Assembly: GCA_951406725.2 (NCBI GenBank)
Contig: OX597815.1
Span: 186,868,001 to 186,932,000, forward strand
DNA length: 64,000 nt
From: Octopus vulgaris
Taxonomy: Eukaryota
Direction of reading: 5' to 3'
Below the pieces are notes generated by a model. The model did not search any database and was not told where the DNA came from. It was given only the letters and a program-made list of their open reading frames with translations. Position numbers and translations under genes: made by a program. Positions within the stretch are counted from its first letter, which is position 1; every line of letters begins with the position of its first letter. Shown here one piece after another: positions 50,513-64,000 of this stretch.

Positions 50513-51649
50513 TAAATAAAGTACCAGTTAAGCGTTGGATCTGAAGTAATCAATTTGTCCCCCACCCTCAAAATTACTGGCCTTGTGCCAAAATTTGCAA
50601 CCGATATTTTTCTTCTTCTTAACCCAATTTAATTTTAGATTTCTAGCAATATAAGAACTCATTTATACATGTGTTTTATTTTCTAATCCATTACTAAATA
50701 TAGACTTGAACATTTCAGTATAAGTCTTTCTCTTGGTGTTTTTTATTGTTTTGTCTTGTTCGTGTTCGTTTTTACCTCCTTGCATTTTAAATCCCATGGG
50801 TTTTTAAATCTCCCCTATCTTGAACCTTAAATGCAATGCATTATTATAAGAACTTGCTCATTCATATTAATTTTTATGTGGCGGTTTCTGTATCAGATGC
50901 TTCGTGAATGAACTTAGCAAATTAGATTCATTATTGAATGTAAGGCTCCCGGGCTAACTACGAATAATGCAATTTACTCTAATTGCAAACTTTCTAACTG
51001 CAGGCTGAATGTGTCGTACACCCGGTCCATATTACAATATGATTTATTCAGAAATTACTCTTCATCCTAATTTTAACTTACTTTATTCTATTTTATTTAT
51101 TTTAGTTTTATTTTATTTTATTAATGCGATCGATTAAAACACAGGGTGAGAATTTGAGCATCTTCCTCAGAAGTCAAGTCTCAATGATTAAGCTCGAATT
51201 GTCTGGACTTTAAATCGTAAATTCCTCTACTAACATTCGACGCATATTCCTGAACAAACACTGCACCAGTTTTAAATCCGCAGGTTTTATAAATTATTAG
51301 GCAAGATTATTGAACAAATCGTCCCTAGGATAACTTACTTAATAAATCGCGGCCTAAATGCTGATCTAGATAATTCTGTACAATTCAAAAATGTGCAATC
51401 GAATTAATTTCGAAAATTTGGGGGAGGGGACCAGTCGATTAGATCGACCTCAGTACGCAACTGGTACTTAATTTATCGACCCCGAAAGGATGAAAAGCAA
51501 AGTTGACCTCGGCGGTATTTGAACTCAGAACTAGGAGGAGGATGAGGAGGAGGAGGAGGAGGAGGAGGACAATGGATAGAAGTTTAGGTGTTTATAATAA
51601 ATAGAAAAAAAAGAGGAAAAGAGAACGTGAAGAAAGAAAGAAAACCGAA

Positions 51650-52250
51650 ACGTACGAAAAGGTGTCCTCCGCAGTAAGTCAATTCTTGAAAGCGGTTTGC
51701 CGTCCGGATGCTGGGCTTCGTAGAATTTGTTTCTTCTCAGTTAGACAAAGAAATCTATACTTCTGGGTTCTAATCATATACCCTTTTGCTCTTTCGAGTA
51801 CTTTCCAATTGATGTTATGTTAGACCTTTCTGTCCTATATATATATGCTCTGCCAACATCGTGGTTCTTATTTTACTTGATTGAAAGATAACAAAGTGCT
51901 ATAGAACCTTGTATTTATATTGGCCCCACCCCATGCTGATATAACGCTTTTTTCACTGGCCATATAACCTCATTTACGTGGACGTAGTGGATACTTGCTT
52001 GAAACATAACCTGGCTGTTTGGGGGGGGGGGGTCGGCTAATAAAATCGTTCCATTATGACATAAATCGCTTTTACAAACGGCTTTCTGTATGCTTGCTTC
52101 CCACCATGAATCATTTGGTTTTTCGTTTACAATCAGAAAGTCCACGTCGGTCAGAATCACGCTTTCTGATACATACACACTTTGTATACAATGACAAAAT
52201 ACATAAATCACATAATATTATTGCTTGAAATATTACCGATTTCGTATTAA
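51650..52250 (-). pseudogene. Decayed PLE GIY-YIG endonuclease remnant (Hydra-like)
   Basis: VCKSDLC..VMFQASI..TRFY..SF..INWKVLERAKGY..LCLTEKK on the minus strand, with frameshifts. Confidence 0.5.
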
Positions 52251-52979
52251 ATTTTCTCATGGGCAATTTTTTGGGAAAAACCATCATGCCTCGAACAAAT
52301 ATGAACTGCTGTAATCTATTAAGTTAAGCATACATCATAAACCAATAATTTGTATATTTTCTCAGTAATATTATCATAGCCTTTGTGTATTCATTCTTGT
52401 TACGTTTTTTTTTAATGTTATTGTTTTTACATACTCTGCTATGTCTTTGAATGTCTTTATCAACATATTCTTCGTAATGGTATTAAAGCAGTTTGTATAT
52501 GGATATTATTCTCATTGCTGCTTATCTCTATCTCGGGAATCATCTTCATGTAGTTAAATCATTGATGACTACAACTTAATATTTCTTTTAAAAATATATT
52601 AGGTGGTGAGCAGGCAGAATCGTTAGCACGCTGGACAAAATGCTTAGCGGCATTTCGTCCGTCTTTACGTTCTGAGTTCAAATTCCACAGAGATCAACTT
52701 TGCCTTTAATCCTTTCAGGGTCTATAAAATAAGTACAAATTAAACACTGGGGTCGATGAAATCAACTTATCCCTCCCCCCAAAATTGCTGGTGCCAAACT
52801 TTGAAACCAATATCATTTTTTCAAAAGATAAGGCAGCTAGCCGGTAGAATCGTTAGCACGGTGGACAAAAGGCTTAGCGGCATTTCGTCTGTTTTTACGT
52901 TCTGAGCTCAAATTTTGCCGGAGTCGACATTGCCTTTCATCCATTCAATCCATTCGGGGTCGATAAGATAAATACCAGT

Positions 52980-53390
52980 TGAGCAGGAGTGGCTGTGTGG
53001 TAAGTAGCTTGTTTACCAGCCACATGGTTCCGGGTTCAGAACCACTGCGTAGCACCTTGGGCAAGTGTCTTCTACTATAGCCTCGGGCAGACCAAAGCCT
53101 TGTGAGTGGATTTGGTTGACGGAAACTGAAAGAAACCCGTCGTATATATGTATATAGATATATATGTGTGTATATGTTTGTGTGTCTGTGTTTGTCCCCC
53201 CAACATCGCATGACAACCGATGCTGGTGTGTTTACGTCCCCGTAACTTAGTGGTTCTGTAAAAATAGACCGATAGAATAAGAACTACGCTTACAAAGAAT
53301 AAGTCCTGGTGTCGATTTGCTCGACTAAAGGTGGTGTTCCAGCATGGCCGCAGTCAAATGACTGAAACAAGTTGAAAGAGTAAAAGGAGT
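52980..53390 (+). mobile_element. SINE family B nested in a family A array (~52600-53460)
   Basis: Full family B body interrupts ...TACCAGTTGAG / GGTATCGATTTAATC. Confidence 0.8.
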
Positions 53391-54345
53391 GGTATCGATT
53401 TAATCAACATAGCTCCTCCCAAAAAACTGCCGGCCTTGTGCAGAAATTTGAAACCAATTATACTTTTAAACAGACATTTTCAATGTGGAGTATATACATT
53501 TTTGACAAGTGACTATTTCAATTTACCTCGGCATCGCGACTTTTCTTCCAAATGGACGATATATACTTACGAAACAAAGCAATACGAAACACGTTATTAA
53601 CTCAAGAATGCCAGGTATTTAAGAACACTTCATAAATTCATATTTATCATCTTCTCTGATGACGTATTATCCAAATACTACTTTGTCTCAGCTAATATAA
53701 TGTCGAATCCCAACAATATCACAGGCAATCATTATTCAAACGTATTGCTTTATAACTTATAACTTTCATTTGCAAACCATCATATTCAACTCTATAACTT
53801 TACTTATCTCATTTATCCATTTTATTAAATATTAATTGTTTATTTCATGTCACCAAAATATTCATTGATATACATATGACCATTATTTATGCAGAGCTAC
53901 ATCATAGCTCCATTTTCTTCTACTTAACAGCAGCTGCAACATATTTTATATTCATAAATTTATGCTATTCTCATTTCCATACATCAATTGTCTTGAAGGT
54001 TATTCCAATGTTACTGTATTTTTATTCATAAATTAAACATAATAATATTTTTTTTTCTTAAATAATAAATGATTGCTTCGTGATTACATCTTTAGCTCTT
54101 CATCTAAAACTTACGCTGCCTTTATCTTCACATTGTGTATTAATATGTGCGCACGCATGCATACACATCTATCCACACACACATAAATCTTTCTTGGTGC
54201 GTGTGCGTGTGTGTGTGTGTCTGTGTGTGTATGCATGTGTGTGTGTGTGTATAAACTTAGTGGTTAATATTTATTTTCATATAGAGATATAAGCTTCAAG
54301 AAACGCGTGTGTATGCGAGTATATGTATATGTGTGTGTGTCTGTT

Positions 54346-54379
<34 letters not shown>

Positions 54380-54493
54380 ACACCAAGTAAGTTAGGGGTT
54401 GTGGATCCAACCCACTAAGGGATAATACTTATCCAATATACTGTTGGTATAATACCCAAATTATTAATATACAAGTGTTACACATGTATATAG

Positions 54494-54587
<94 letters not shown>

Positions 54588-54821
54588 TATTCCGTTTTTA
54601 ATCATTTGAAATCTTCCTCTGAAGAAGGAGCTGGTTTCTAACAAAGATAAAATGCTTCATTGTTGGAATGTAGATAACGAAAACAATGTCACGTTCAGAA
54701 CTTGAGAAAAGACTTCCATATTTTTACCGTTACAATTACATATTATATCTGTAATCTCCGAAAACCCTAGCTTATCCAGATTGTCACTTATACATTTATT
54801 TTTTAAAAAAACCATGGATGG

Positions 54822-55192
54822 AAGCACTCCGTCGGTTACGACGTCGAGGGTTCCAGTTGATCCGAATCAACGGAACAGCTTGCTCGTGAAATTAACGTGT
54901 AAGTGGCTGAGCACTCCACAGGCACGTGTACCCTTAACGTAGTTCTCGGGGATATTCAGCGTGACACAGAGAGTGACAAGGCCGGCCCTTTGAAATACAG
55001 GTACAACAGAAACAGGAAGATAGAGTAAGAGAAAGTTGTGGTGAAAGAGTACAGCAGGGATCACCACCATCCCCTGCCGGAGCCTCGTGGAGCTTTAGGT
55101 ATTTTCTCTCAATAAACACTCACAACCGAAATCGAAACCGCGATCCTATGACCGCGAGTCCGCTGCCCTAACCACTGGGCCATTGCGCCTCC
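54822..55192 (-). mobile_element. SINE family C head with the tail of the 459-786 SINE
   Basis: Tail GTTGTACCTGTATTTCAAAG...GTCGTAACCGACGGAGTGCT is shared with 596-779. Confidence 0.85.
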
Positions 55193-55899
55193 AAAAAACC
55201 ATAAGCACCAAGTATTATTGGTATGAATGTGAATTCGTAATCTGTATATGAAAGCTGGAAGTATTCACATCAGCAGGGCGGCTGACCTCTGTTACAGTAC
55301 ATACTTCTTCTTGTATGTTCCAAACAACAATTATCAGCCTGTCATGGTTACACTTTGTTTTGATGAGAATCTTCCACCAGTATTCTTTGTGTGTTGTTTG
55401 TTCATGTATTCAATAACAGAGGAATTCTCAATATATCTATTCCAAGACAGTCCTTTTTTTCTCCTTCGAATGGCATCGTACACTGTTGTAGCAACAGCGT
55501 TTTGTCGCATACGAGGTAGATCTGAATGGCATTTTGCAGGAAGTGCTACTCATATATACATCTTCCACAGAAATAGGACATAATCTACATTTTTAGTTGC
55601 ATCTCTTGTTTAAAAGGTATTTCGTAACAATTTTCTGTTCTTGGATAGGAAATGCATAGCCTTCAAAGTGTGATGTAACGCAGAGGTGACGAGTCCAAGG
55701 GAGGCTACAACCCATGTCAAAATTACTGTCATCGTACGTTCTAAGTTCAAATTCTGCCGGGGTCCGCTTTGCCTTTTATCCATTCGGGGTCGATAAAGTA
55801 AGTACCAGCTGTAAAGTAAGTACCCTCCCCCTAAATTGTTGGTCTTGTGCCAAAATTTAAAACCATTATTAGTCTCCTTCATACCTTTGCATAATCTTT

Positions 55900-55936
<37 letters not shown>

Positions 55937-55943
<7 letters not shown>

Positions 55944-56239
55944 ATCACGTGTCCGACCAGGCCATCAGATGTTGCTACACATCGCTGGTCACAATACGCT
56001 TCGCATTGTTTTAGCCTTCAAATGACGCCACCCCGCTGGCTAAGTGAACAGGCCAACAGAAGAAAGAATGAGAGAAAGTTGTGGTGAAAGAGTACAGCAG
56101 GATCAACACAACACCATACGGAGCCTCGTGTAGCTTTTAGGTGTTTTCGCTTAATAAACACTCACAACGCCCGGTCTGGGAATCGAAACCGGGGTCCTAC
56201 GACCGCGACTCCGCTGCCCTAACCACTGGGCCATTGCGC

Positions 56240-56240
<1 letters not shown>
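55937..56240 (-). mobile_element. SINE family C, third tail type
   Basis: Homologous to 47023-47300. Flanked by (TA)n and (CA)n. Confidence 0.85.
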
Positions 56241-56321
<81 letters not shown>

Positions 56322-56352
56322 TGTGGTTTTCACATGCAGGTCTCCTTTGAAG

Positions 56353-56640
56353 TACTTTACTTACTTGTACTTGTGGCGACATTCACCCTGGGCGGGTTGA
56401 GTCGGCTTCTTCTACCACCCTTGAAACATCTCGAACCATTGCAGCCCACGCACGATGGTCCTGCGCCAGTTCACTGGAGATAGCGAGCCAGTCACGGTTC
56501 CATCGGCGCAAGCCGACCACCTGCGGTCCCGTGAGCACGGAGCGGTCCTCCTTGATCGTCGTAACCCAGGTCTTCAGCTGCCCGCCTGCACTTTTCCACC
56601 AGTTGGGAAGTGGAGTTGGGAGAAGGACATCTCCTTTGAA
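56353..56640 (-). mobile_element. RTE-clade LINE 3' end
   Basis: GGQLKTWVTTIKED..WNRDWL..ELAQDHRAWAAMVRD then stop, with tail CAAGTACAAGTAAGTAAAGTA. Confidence 0.75.
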
Positions 56641-56976
56641 GTATGTTAGTCTGGTTGTTTGGGGGTTTTACCGACACGTAAAATATTGTTCTCTTCATTT
56701 TCAGTAGAAAGTCTATGTATTTATTTTTATTCAAATGCTGTCTGAGAGACGCTGTACGACATTTCAAGGTTGTCTGCACAGATTTCAAGTTTCTACTTCC
56801 TTCCTCTCTATTTAGGCAGAGCTTATCGTTATCATTATTTCTGTGTAAGTTTCTAGTTGATGTCTGTCACGATTAGTTTAAAATGAGACATTATTTTTGC
56901 TATCAACATTCCAACGATGGAGCTTTATATCTTTGTTAGAAACCAGTTCTTTCCTAAGAGGAGAACATACATACAC

Positions 56977-57007
<31 letters not shown>

Positions 57008-57149
57008 CACACACACACATACATATACACGCACACATACATATACACACACACACACACACACACATACATACATACATACATACATACATACATACAT
57101 ACATACATACATACATACATACATACATACATACATACATACATACATA

Positions 57150-58256
57150 ATTTTTACATAAACAGTGACCTAGACCACCTCTACCTAATACGAAAACAAG
57201 GTTGCAGAGGCTTAACATCGATCTAAAATGCTTTTGAATGTGGCATCATATCCCTTCGGCAACATCTTTTAACTACTAAGTGTCACAGTGCATCTCTTGA
57301 CTAAGTTTACTTACATAAGGCTGATAACATCATAAGACTTGGAAGGCAGCTCCTTGAGCAACACTCTTTGTCTGATAACCTAGAATACATGCCCAAAGAA
57401 GTCGACGACTCTACCGCAACATATCATCAGATGAAAGGATGAACCTATATGAGCAGAAGACTATACATGAAGATGTCACCCACATCATAATCAGTTGTCC
57501 GAAAATATCATCACGGTTATATCTACCGATGAGACATGACGTTGTAGCTAGGATTCTCTATAATGAAATCTGCCAGAGGGATCATCCCGAGGACAAAGAA
57601 ATAAGAATCCACAATATGGTAGAAGCCATAGCCATTCATAATAAAAAGGAATACTGGTGGAATGTTCCAATGAAGATCTCAACAGAGCTGATATAATGAT
57701 TTGGGATAGGGAAGAGAAATTGTGCACAGTTGAGGAAATTAGCTGCCAGCGGATGTTAACATGAAGATCGGTGAAAAAGAGAACACCTATTCTGAACTAT
57801 TGAGGAATCTGCAGTTACTCTATCCAGATTACAAGTTCAGATTTATACCTGTAATTATTGGTGCCTGGGATATGTAATACACTACCAAAATACCAATCTT
57901 GAGAAATTAGGCTTCTCAAAACCAGAAAGAAGAAAGAATTCGAAGACTACAGATTCACTCCATCACTGGAACTGTAAAAATCTGTAAAATTTTCCAGAAG
58001 TTTATAATTTAAATATATATATGAGCATGTCTAGATATGCAACTATATGCATGAGAATACATAGATAAAACATACAAATCTGCACATACGCATACATACA
58101 TACATACATACATACATACATACATACATACATACATACATACATACAAAAATACCCTGTTGTTGATGTTGAAATTCCAATGAAGGAGACTTGGATCTAG
58201 GTTAGAAACTGGTTCTTTCTCTATTGGCAAGACATCTTGAAATAAACTGAATAATG
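57150..58256 (+). pseudogene. R4/Dong-like non-LTR retrotransposon remnant
   Basis: LDHLYLIRKQGCRGL, EDVTHIIISCPKI..YLPMRHDVVAR, YWWNVP, FIPVIIGA. 3' UTR with AATAAA. (CATA)n on both sides. Confidence 0.75.
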
Positions 58257-58882
58257 ACATACATACATACATACATACATACATACATACATACATACAT
58301 ACATACATACATACATACATACACACATAGACACACGTGTGTGTGTGTGATTGTGTGCGTATGGGGGGTGAGGTGTATTCAGTTTTTATCTCAGTTTCCT
58401 TATTTTCTCTCTATTTCTCATTCACTGTTTCATCTTTTTATTTTGCCACAACATATCTTGAACGACATCAAATGAAAACACAAAAAATATTTTGGTGCCT
58501 TTTATACAAAAATTTGCACTTCTTCTTTGAACTTTAACTAATAAACAATGCACTTTCCTAGACAAGAAAGGTTTTGTTTATTTGTTTTTCATAGAAAGAT
58601 ACATGAAGTATTTATGTGGTTGATCGACATGCGAGAAATAGCTACGTAATCTCCCTCAAGTTGCACCGTAACGGCTTACGAAAATATATATGCCTAAATA
58701 AAAAGATGGAATCGTTATCATTTACCTGCAATTAGTTGCAGCCATTTGACTGCGGCCATGCAAATCGATCCCAATGCGTATTTCTTTTAAAGACTGGCAC
58801 TTATTCTGTCTCTTATGGTGAACTGCTACGTTACGGGGACGTAAACAACCAACACTGGTTGTAAAGTGATGGGGAGGCAATC

Positions 58883-58914
<32 letters not shown>

Positions 58915-58917
<3 letters not shown>

Positions 58918-59081
58918 CGCAGACGTGGCTGTGTGGTAAGATGTTTGCTTCCCCAGCAACACGGTTGCAGGTTCAGTCCCGCTGCGCGGCACCTTGGGCA
59001 AGTGTCTTCTACTATAGCCACAAGTTGACCAACGCCTTGTGAGTGGATTTCGTAGACGGAAACTGAAAGAAGCCCATCGTA

Positions 59082-59112
<31 letters not shown>

Positions 59113-59320
59113 TTCGTGTCTGTACTTGTCCGCCGCCACCGCTTCACAACTGGTGTTGGTGTGTTTATGGTGCCGTAAGCTAGCGGTTCGAAAAAAAGAG
59201 ACTGATGGAATAAGAACCAGGCTTAAAGGAAAATAATATGTACTGGAAGCGATTCTTAAAGGCGGTGCTCCAGTATGGCCGCAGTCTACTGAATGAGACA
59301 AGTAAAAGAATAAAAGAATA
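58915..59320 (+). mobile_element. SINE family B, diverged, flanked by antisense family B pieces
   Basis: Family B body. Minus-strand halves at ~58735-58890 and ~59325-59450. Confidence 0.7.
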
Positions 59321-59702
59321 TATCATACGACGGGCTTCTTTCAGTTTCCATCTACCAAATCAACTCACAAGGCTTTGGTCAGCCCGGGGCTATAGTAGAA
59401 GATACTTGTCCAGGGTGCCACGCTGTGGGACTGAACCAAGGATCACATAGCCTGTGACTATATATATACATCATCTTATAACTAACTTTGAGCTTTGACA
59501 TGAACTTTGACGCATGTATTTGCGAAAATAAATTCTACAAGAATAAGTTTTCACTAAGAATAAGAATTCAATAACATAGAATTAAAATTTGGTGATTCCA
59601 ATTGTAGAGCTTCGGTCTTAATTGGAACAAGGACAAATATCCGCAAAGAACTTTGCACACAGCAAAATCTATACATATATATAACAAGTTTATTTGCCCG
59701 CT

Positions 59703-59947
<245 letters not shown>

Positions 59948-60325
59948 CGTCGAACGTCGGGAAGCAAGAATTAAGCAGCCATCAGCAGTCTTGTTCCGGA
60001 ACCAGTCTTAATTTCCTGCAGAAGAAGTTCAGTTTTCCTCTTCAATGCCCTTGAGCTAGACGTGGACGCCACACGGTGTCCGTCATTCCGACTGAAAGTT
60101 GTGTGACCTCGCATGCTTGCCATGTATCAATAACTCGATGAAGTGTTGTTGTTGTTGTTGTTGTGATAACAGGTGACGAAAACGAGTATCTACAATGGTG
60201 AACTACTTTAAATAGAATATACAGCAACGGAACAAGCTGTTAGATAACAATAACAATAACAAACAACAACAAACAACAACAATAATAATAATAATAATAA
60301 TAGAAACAAAATTGAAAGAAGAACC

Positions 60326-60371
<46 letters not shown>

Positions 60372-60394
60372 GAAACAAAATTGAAAGAAGAACC

Positions 60395-60456
<62 letters not shown>

Positions 60457-61129
60457 TAAAGCTAATCGGAGAGAATCTGCACAAAACTCGATTTGAAAGC
60501 GACTGAAAAACATTGTCGAACTAAAACGTTTCACTAAGAATATGTCACCTTCGAAAACAACAACAGCAACACCAACAACATCGACAAATGACAAAAATAC
60601 AAAATACGCTGTTGTTGTTGTTGTTTTTGTTGTACGTGACATAACAAGAAGATAAAGTTAAGAGAAAATTTGAACGAGGAACATGTCATATCTGATAAGC
60701 TGATATAGTGACGAAAGAGAAAGTGAACGTAGAAAAAAATTTTTTTTTGAAAGCAAGTTTTCAACATTTACCATTTCGTTAAATGCTCACACTTGTTGTT
60801 TTTTTTTTTTTAGAAGTCACTAAGCATTGTCAGGAATATTTGTTGTATTATTAATACGAATATGTTCCTAAACATACAATTCTTCGGTGTTTCACAGTAC
60901 ATCAAGATTTTCAAAACGAATTAATGGGGAAAACAAAGATATATATAAAAAAAAAATGTTTGAACTTGTTTCAAGGGAATTAATACACACCGCACACACA
61001 GACACACACATGCGCACTCAAACACACGCATACACATATACACACACACAAAGAGACAGACATACACAAAGTAATTCTATTTCAACAACTACAAAAGTTC
61101 TGTACATTTTTACATTACTTCGTTAACCA

Positions 61130-61920
61130 TAGACACACATATACATATTCAAACACAAACGTATATATATATATAAAATGTATATATAATGCTTGTATGC
61201 ATATACAGATAAATACATGTCTGCATAAATACCTACATATATGCATACGCACACACATACTTACATACATACACACACACACACACATACATACATACAT
61301 ATACACACACACATATATACATACATATCTGCATGCATGCATACACACACACATATGCATACATATATATACACACATGCATACACAGACACATATGCAT
61401 ACATATATATACACACATGCATACACACACATACATGTATACATACACATATACATATACAAACATGCATACACACATACAAACATACATATATACACAC
61501 ACATACATACAAGCATACACACATACATACACACACATACATACGCACATACACACATACATACATACATACATACATACATACATACATACATACATAC
61601 ATACATACAAGCATACACACATACATACACACACATACATACATACATACACACATACATACATACATACATACATACATACATACATACATACAAGCAT
61701 ACACATATACACACACACATACATACATACATACACACATACATACATACATACATACATACATACATACATACATACATACATACATACACACATACAT
61801 ACATACATACATACACAGGTATGCCTTAATTCTCTTTTGACAGACATACAAATTTGTCCCACAAACACACACACACACACATACACACACACACGTGCCC
61901 ACACACAGACACACAAACAT
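61130..61920. repeat. Compound (CATA)n/(CA)n microsatellite
   Basis: Source of the spurious HTY/MYVC ORFs. Confidence 0.95.
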
Positions 61921-62399
61921 ACTAAACTATTGATACACTGTACGTTGCTTCCAACATTTTTGTTTTGTTTTGTTTCTTTTTGTTTTGTTTTGTACTTTTT
62001 TTTTGCTTTGTTTTTCCTTGTTAGGTGTAAAAGTTAAGAATGTTAAAGCAGAAATTAATAAGAATTACTCTTTTATTCTTTTACTTGTTTCACTCATTTG
62101 ACTGCGGTCATGCTGGAGCACCACCTTTAGTCGAGCAAACATTGAATGCCTATGGGTATCCACCCGAGTCAAATAGAAATCAAAGGGATCCACAGACAAA
62201 AAGTAGCTGAGAACCAGTGTTCTACATAATATATATTTGCGTGGCTTGTAATGCTAGATCCTTTAGATTTTCATTTTGTATTTGTTTATATATGTTTTGA
62301 ACATTCACATAGCAGTTATTATTATAAGAATTATTTCTGTTTTCGAACATAAGCATTTAAAAAATATTCAATAACAACTGTGATAAGGCTAGCTATTCA

Positions 62400-62870
62400 A
62401 CTTGAAAGATTTTGGGTGCTATATCAGGTTAAAATACCGTGAAGCTGAACTGAGAGAGATGCAGACAGTTAGCCAACAAAGATCATGCAATTATATTATT
62501 CATGAGTACTGTCCACTAGACGGTAATTGTCTAGCAAAGTTGAAAGTATACAGTTCAAAGGTCGAATCAAACAGCAGTGATCAATCTAAAACATGGATTG
62601 GGGCAATGGAAATCACGTTTAAAAACCGTTATTACAAGGATAAACATTCATTTGTCAGTCCCGACAGAGAATATGCTACGGGTTTGTCGAATTCGTGAAG
62701 ACAAGTCCTCACGAATTCAAAATTCAACCTTATTGGAACAGGAGCCTCAAATCAAAGACGTAGCGTGACCTTTGTTTGAGCGGAAAAATGAGAATTTAGA
62801 CTCAAAGCACAGTTTGAATAAAAGAAGTGCACTGTTAATGCCTTGTGTGCATACGGCTAAGTATCCTTTA
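62400..62870 (+). pseudogene. Decayed Hydra-type PLE linker plus GIY-YIG endonuclease
   Basis: SCNYIIHEYCPLDGNCL..KVY..TWIG.MEITFKNRYY..KHSF..YATGLS, then DLCLSGK and LNKRSALLMPCVH. Confidence 0.7.
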
Positions 62871-63235
62871 TATAAACACAAGCCTCCTTGAATATCGTTC
62901 TGGTTCCCAAAAACCGTTATTTTTCGAAATGTTTGATAGGTTTTATTGGTATATTTTTAATATGTGTGTGCGCGTTTCTGTATATGAGTATACGTATATA
63001 AACTTATGTATTTACGTATACATATATACATACAATTTTTTCTTCTTTCTCACCTTTTTCTTCCTTTCCTTCTTTTTCTTTAACACAACTTTCAGATACA
63101 AACACACACACACACACACACACATGCTTTCTCACTTTCTCCCCATTCATCACCGTCTTGTACTATCTTATATCTCTCCCCACCACTACACAATAATACT
63201 ATAAAAAGAATCAAAATTCCTGTAAAACTTAGTTC

Positions 63236-63275
63236 AATTTGAAGACTCCACTAGAGTGGACGAAAGCGCTAATAT
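63236..63275 (+). ncRNA. Degenerate hammerhead-like motif downstream of the PLE remnant
   Basis: TTGAAGA-C TCCACT AG AGTGGA C-GAAA-GCGC-TA. Stem I is weak and C3 is mutated. Confidence 0.5.
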
Positions 63276-64000
63276 ATATGATATATGATTTATAAAAACA
63301 TGTAACATACTAATAAATATCTGTAAATATAAAACCATTCAGATTTCTGAGTACCTCATTTCTTCTAATACATGTATACATATACGTACACATGCATGCG
63401 TCTGCAAAGGTGCATACATATGTACATGAACATCCGCATATACACTCGTTGCTTTTTTTAAAACATTAATTAAAAGCATTAATTAAAAGTATTACTTAAA
63501 AGTGATATTTTGGAACATTGCTTAAAAAAACAACGCGACTTCATGACTTCAGTTGTATGGAATTTATGATGTTGACAATAAGATTGTCACGAGAACCAGA
63601 AATGAAATAAAAAGCGTGAGCTTGAAGCAGCCGTTTTCGCATGTGATGTTCACAAAGGTTTTAAAACGATAGCGAGAAGTGTTGCCTTCAAACTTGCGTT
63701 CCATATTTCAAAAAATATTCAGACAGTGGATATTCAGAACCAGGCTCGGTTTACCAGCTGGTGATCAGAAACGAGCAACTCGGAGTACTCGAAATCGGAG
63801 TGTTTCAGTTATAATATATTTAAGAATACTCTACATTTGAACTGAGTGCTTTAATTTATCTCTTCTGGTGAATCAACAGACAGATAGACACACACACACA
63901 CACACACACACATACATACATATCAGTTAGGATATTATAACACTTATATATACATATACATATATATTTATACAAATATACATACATGTATACATACATA

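Noticed and set aside
60760-60800. Minus-strand ATG|GTAAAT as a coding micro-exon
   Set aside because: A weak donor that could occur by chance. No downstream exons identified.
61115-62037. 199-234 aa ORFs on both strands (MYVC/HTYI repeats)
   Set aside because: Translations of (CATA)n/(CA)n microsatellites. The same applies to ORFs at 8048-8424, 19535-20376, 40690-40964, 56878-57226 and 59554-59967, apart from the LINE fragments listed as features.

Overview
AT-rich, microsatellite-dense eukaryotic DNA. The SINE repertoire looks like an octopus or other coleoid cephalopod genome (inference). No host exon could be supported. The window is almost entirely transposon-derived: several tRNA-derived SINE families (many as head-to-tail multimers or with swapped tails), decayed mariner/Tc1 and Tigger/pogo transposons, a non-autonomous Helitron, and fragments of RTE, CR1, Jockey, Tx1/L1, HERO and R4/Dong-type LINEs. 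The only credible long ORF (30471-32816, +, 781 aa, uninterrupted) is a Penelope-like retroelement (PLE) with RT plus a C-terminal GIY-YIG endonuclease. It has an unusually long RT motif A-B' spacer and two different non-canonical minimal hammerhead ribozyme (HHR) motifs in its 3' region, and it sits inside the (TA)n tract of a SINE that it split in two. Further decayed PLE pieces, HHR-like motifs and fold-back structures occur elsewhere. Nearly all other ORFs in the track are microsatellite or repeat artefacts. Family assignments come from motif recognition by eye, not database searches, and boundaries of decayed elements are approximate.
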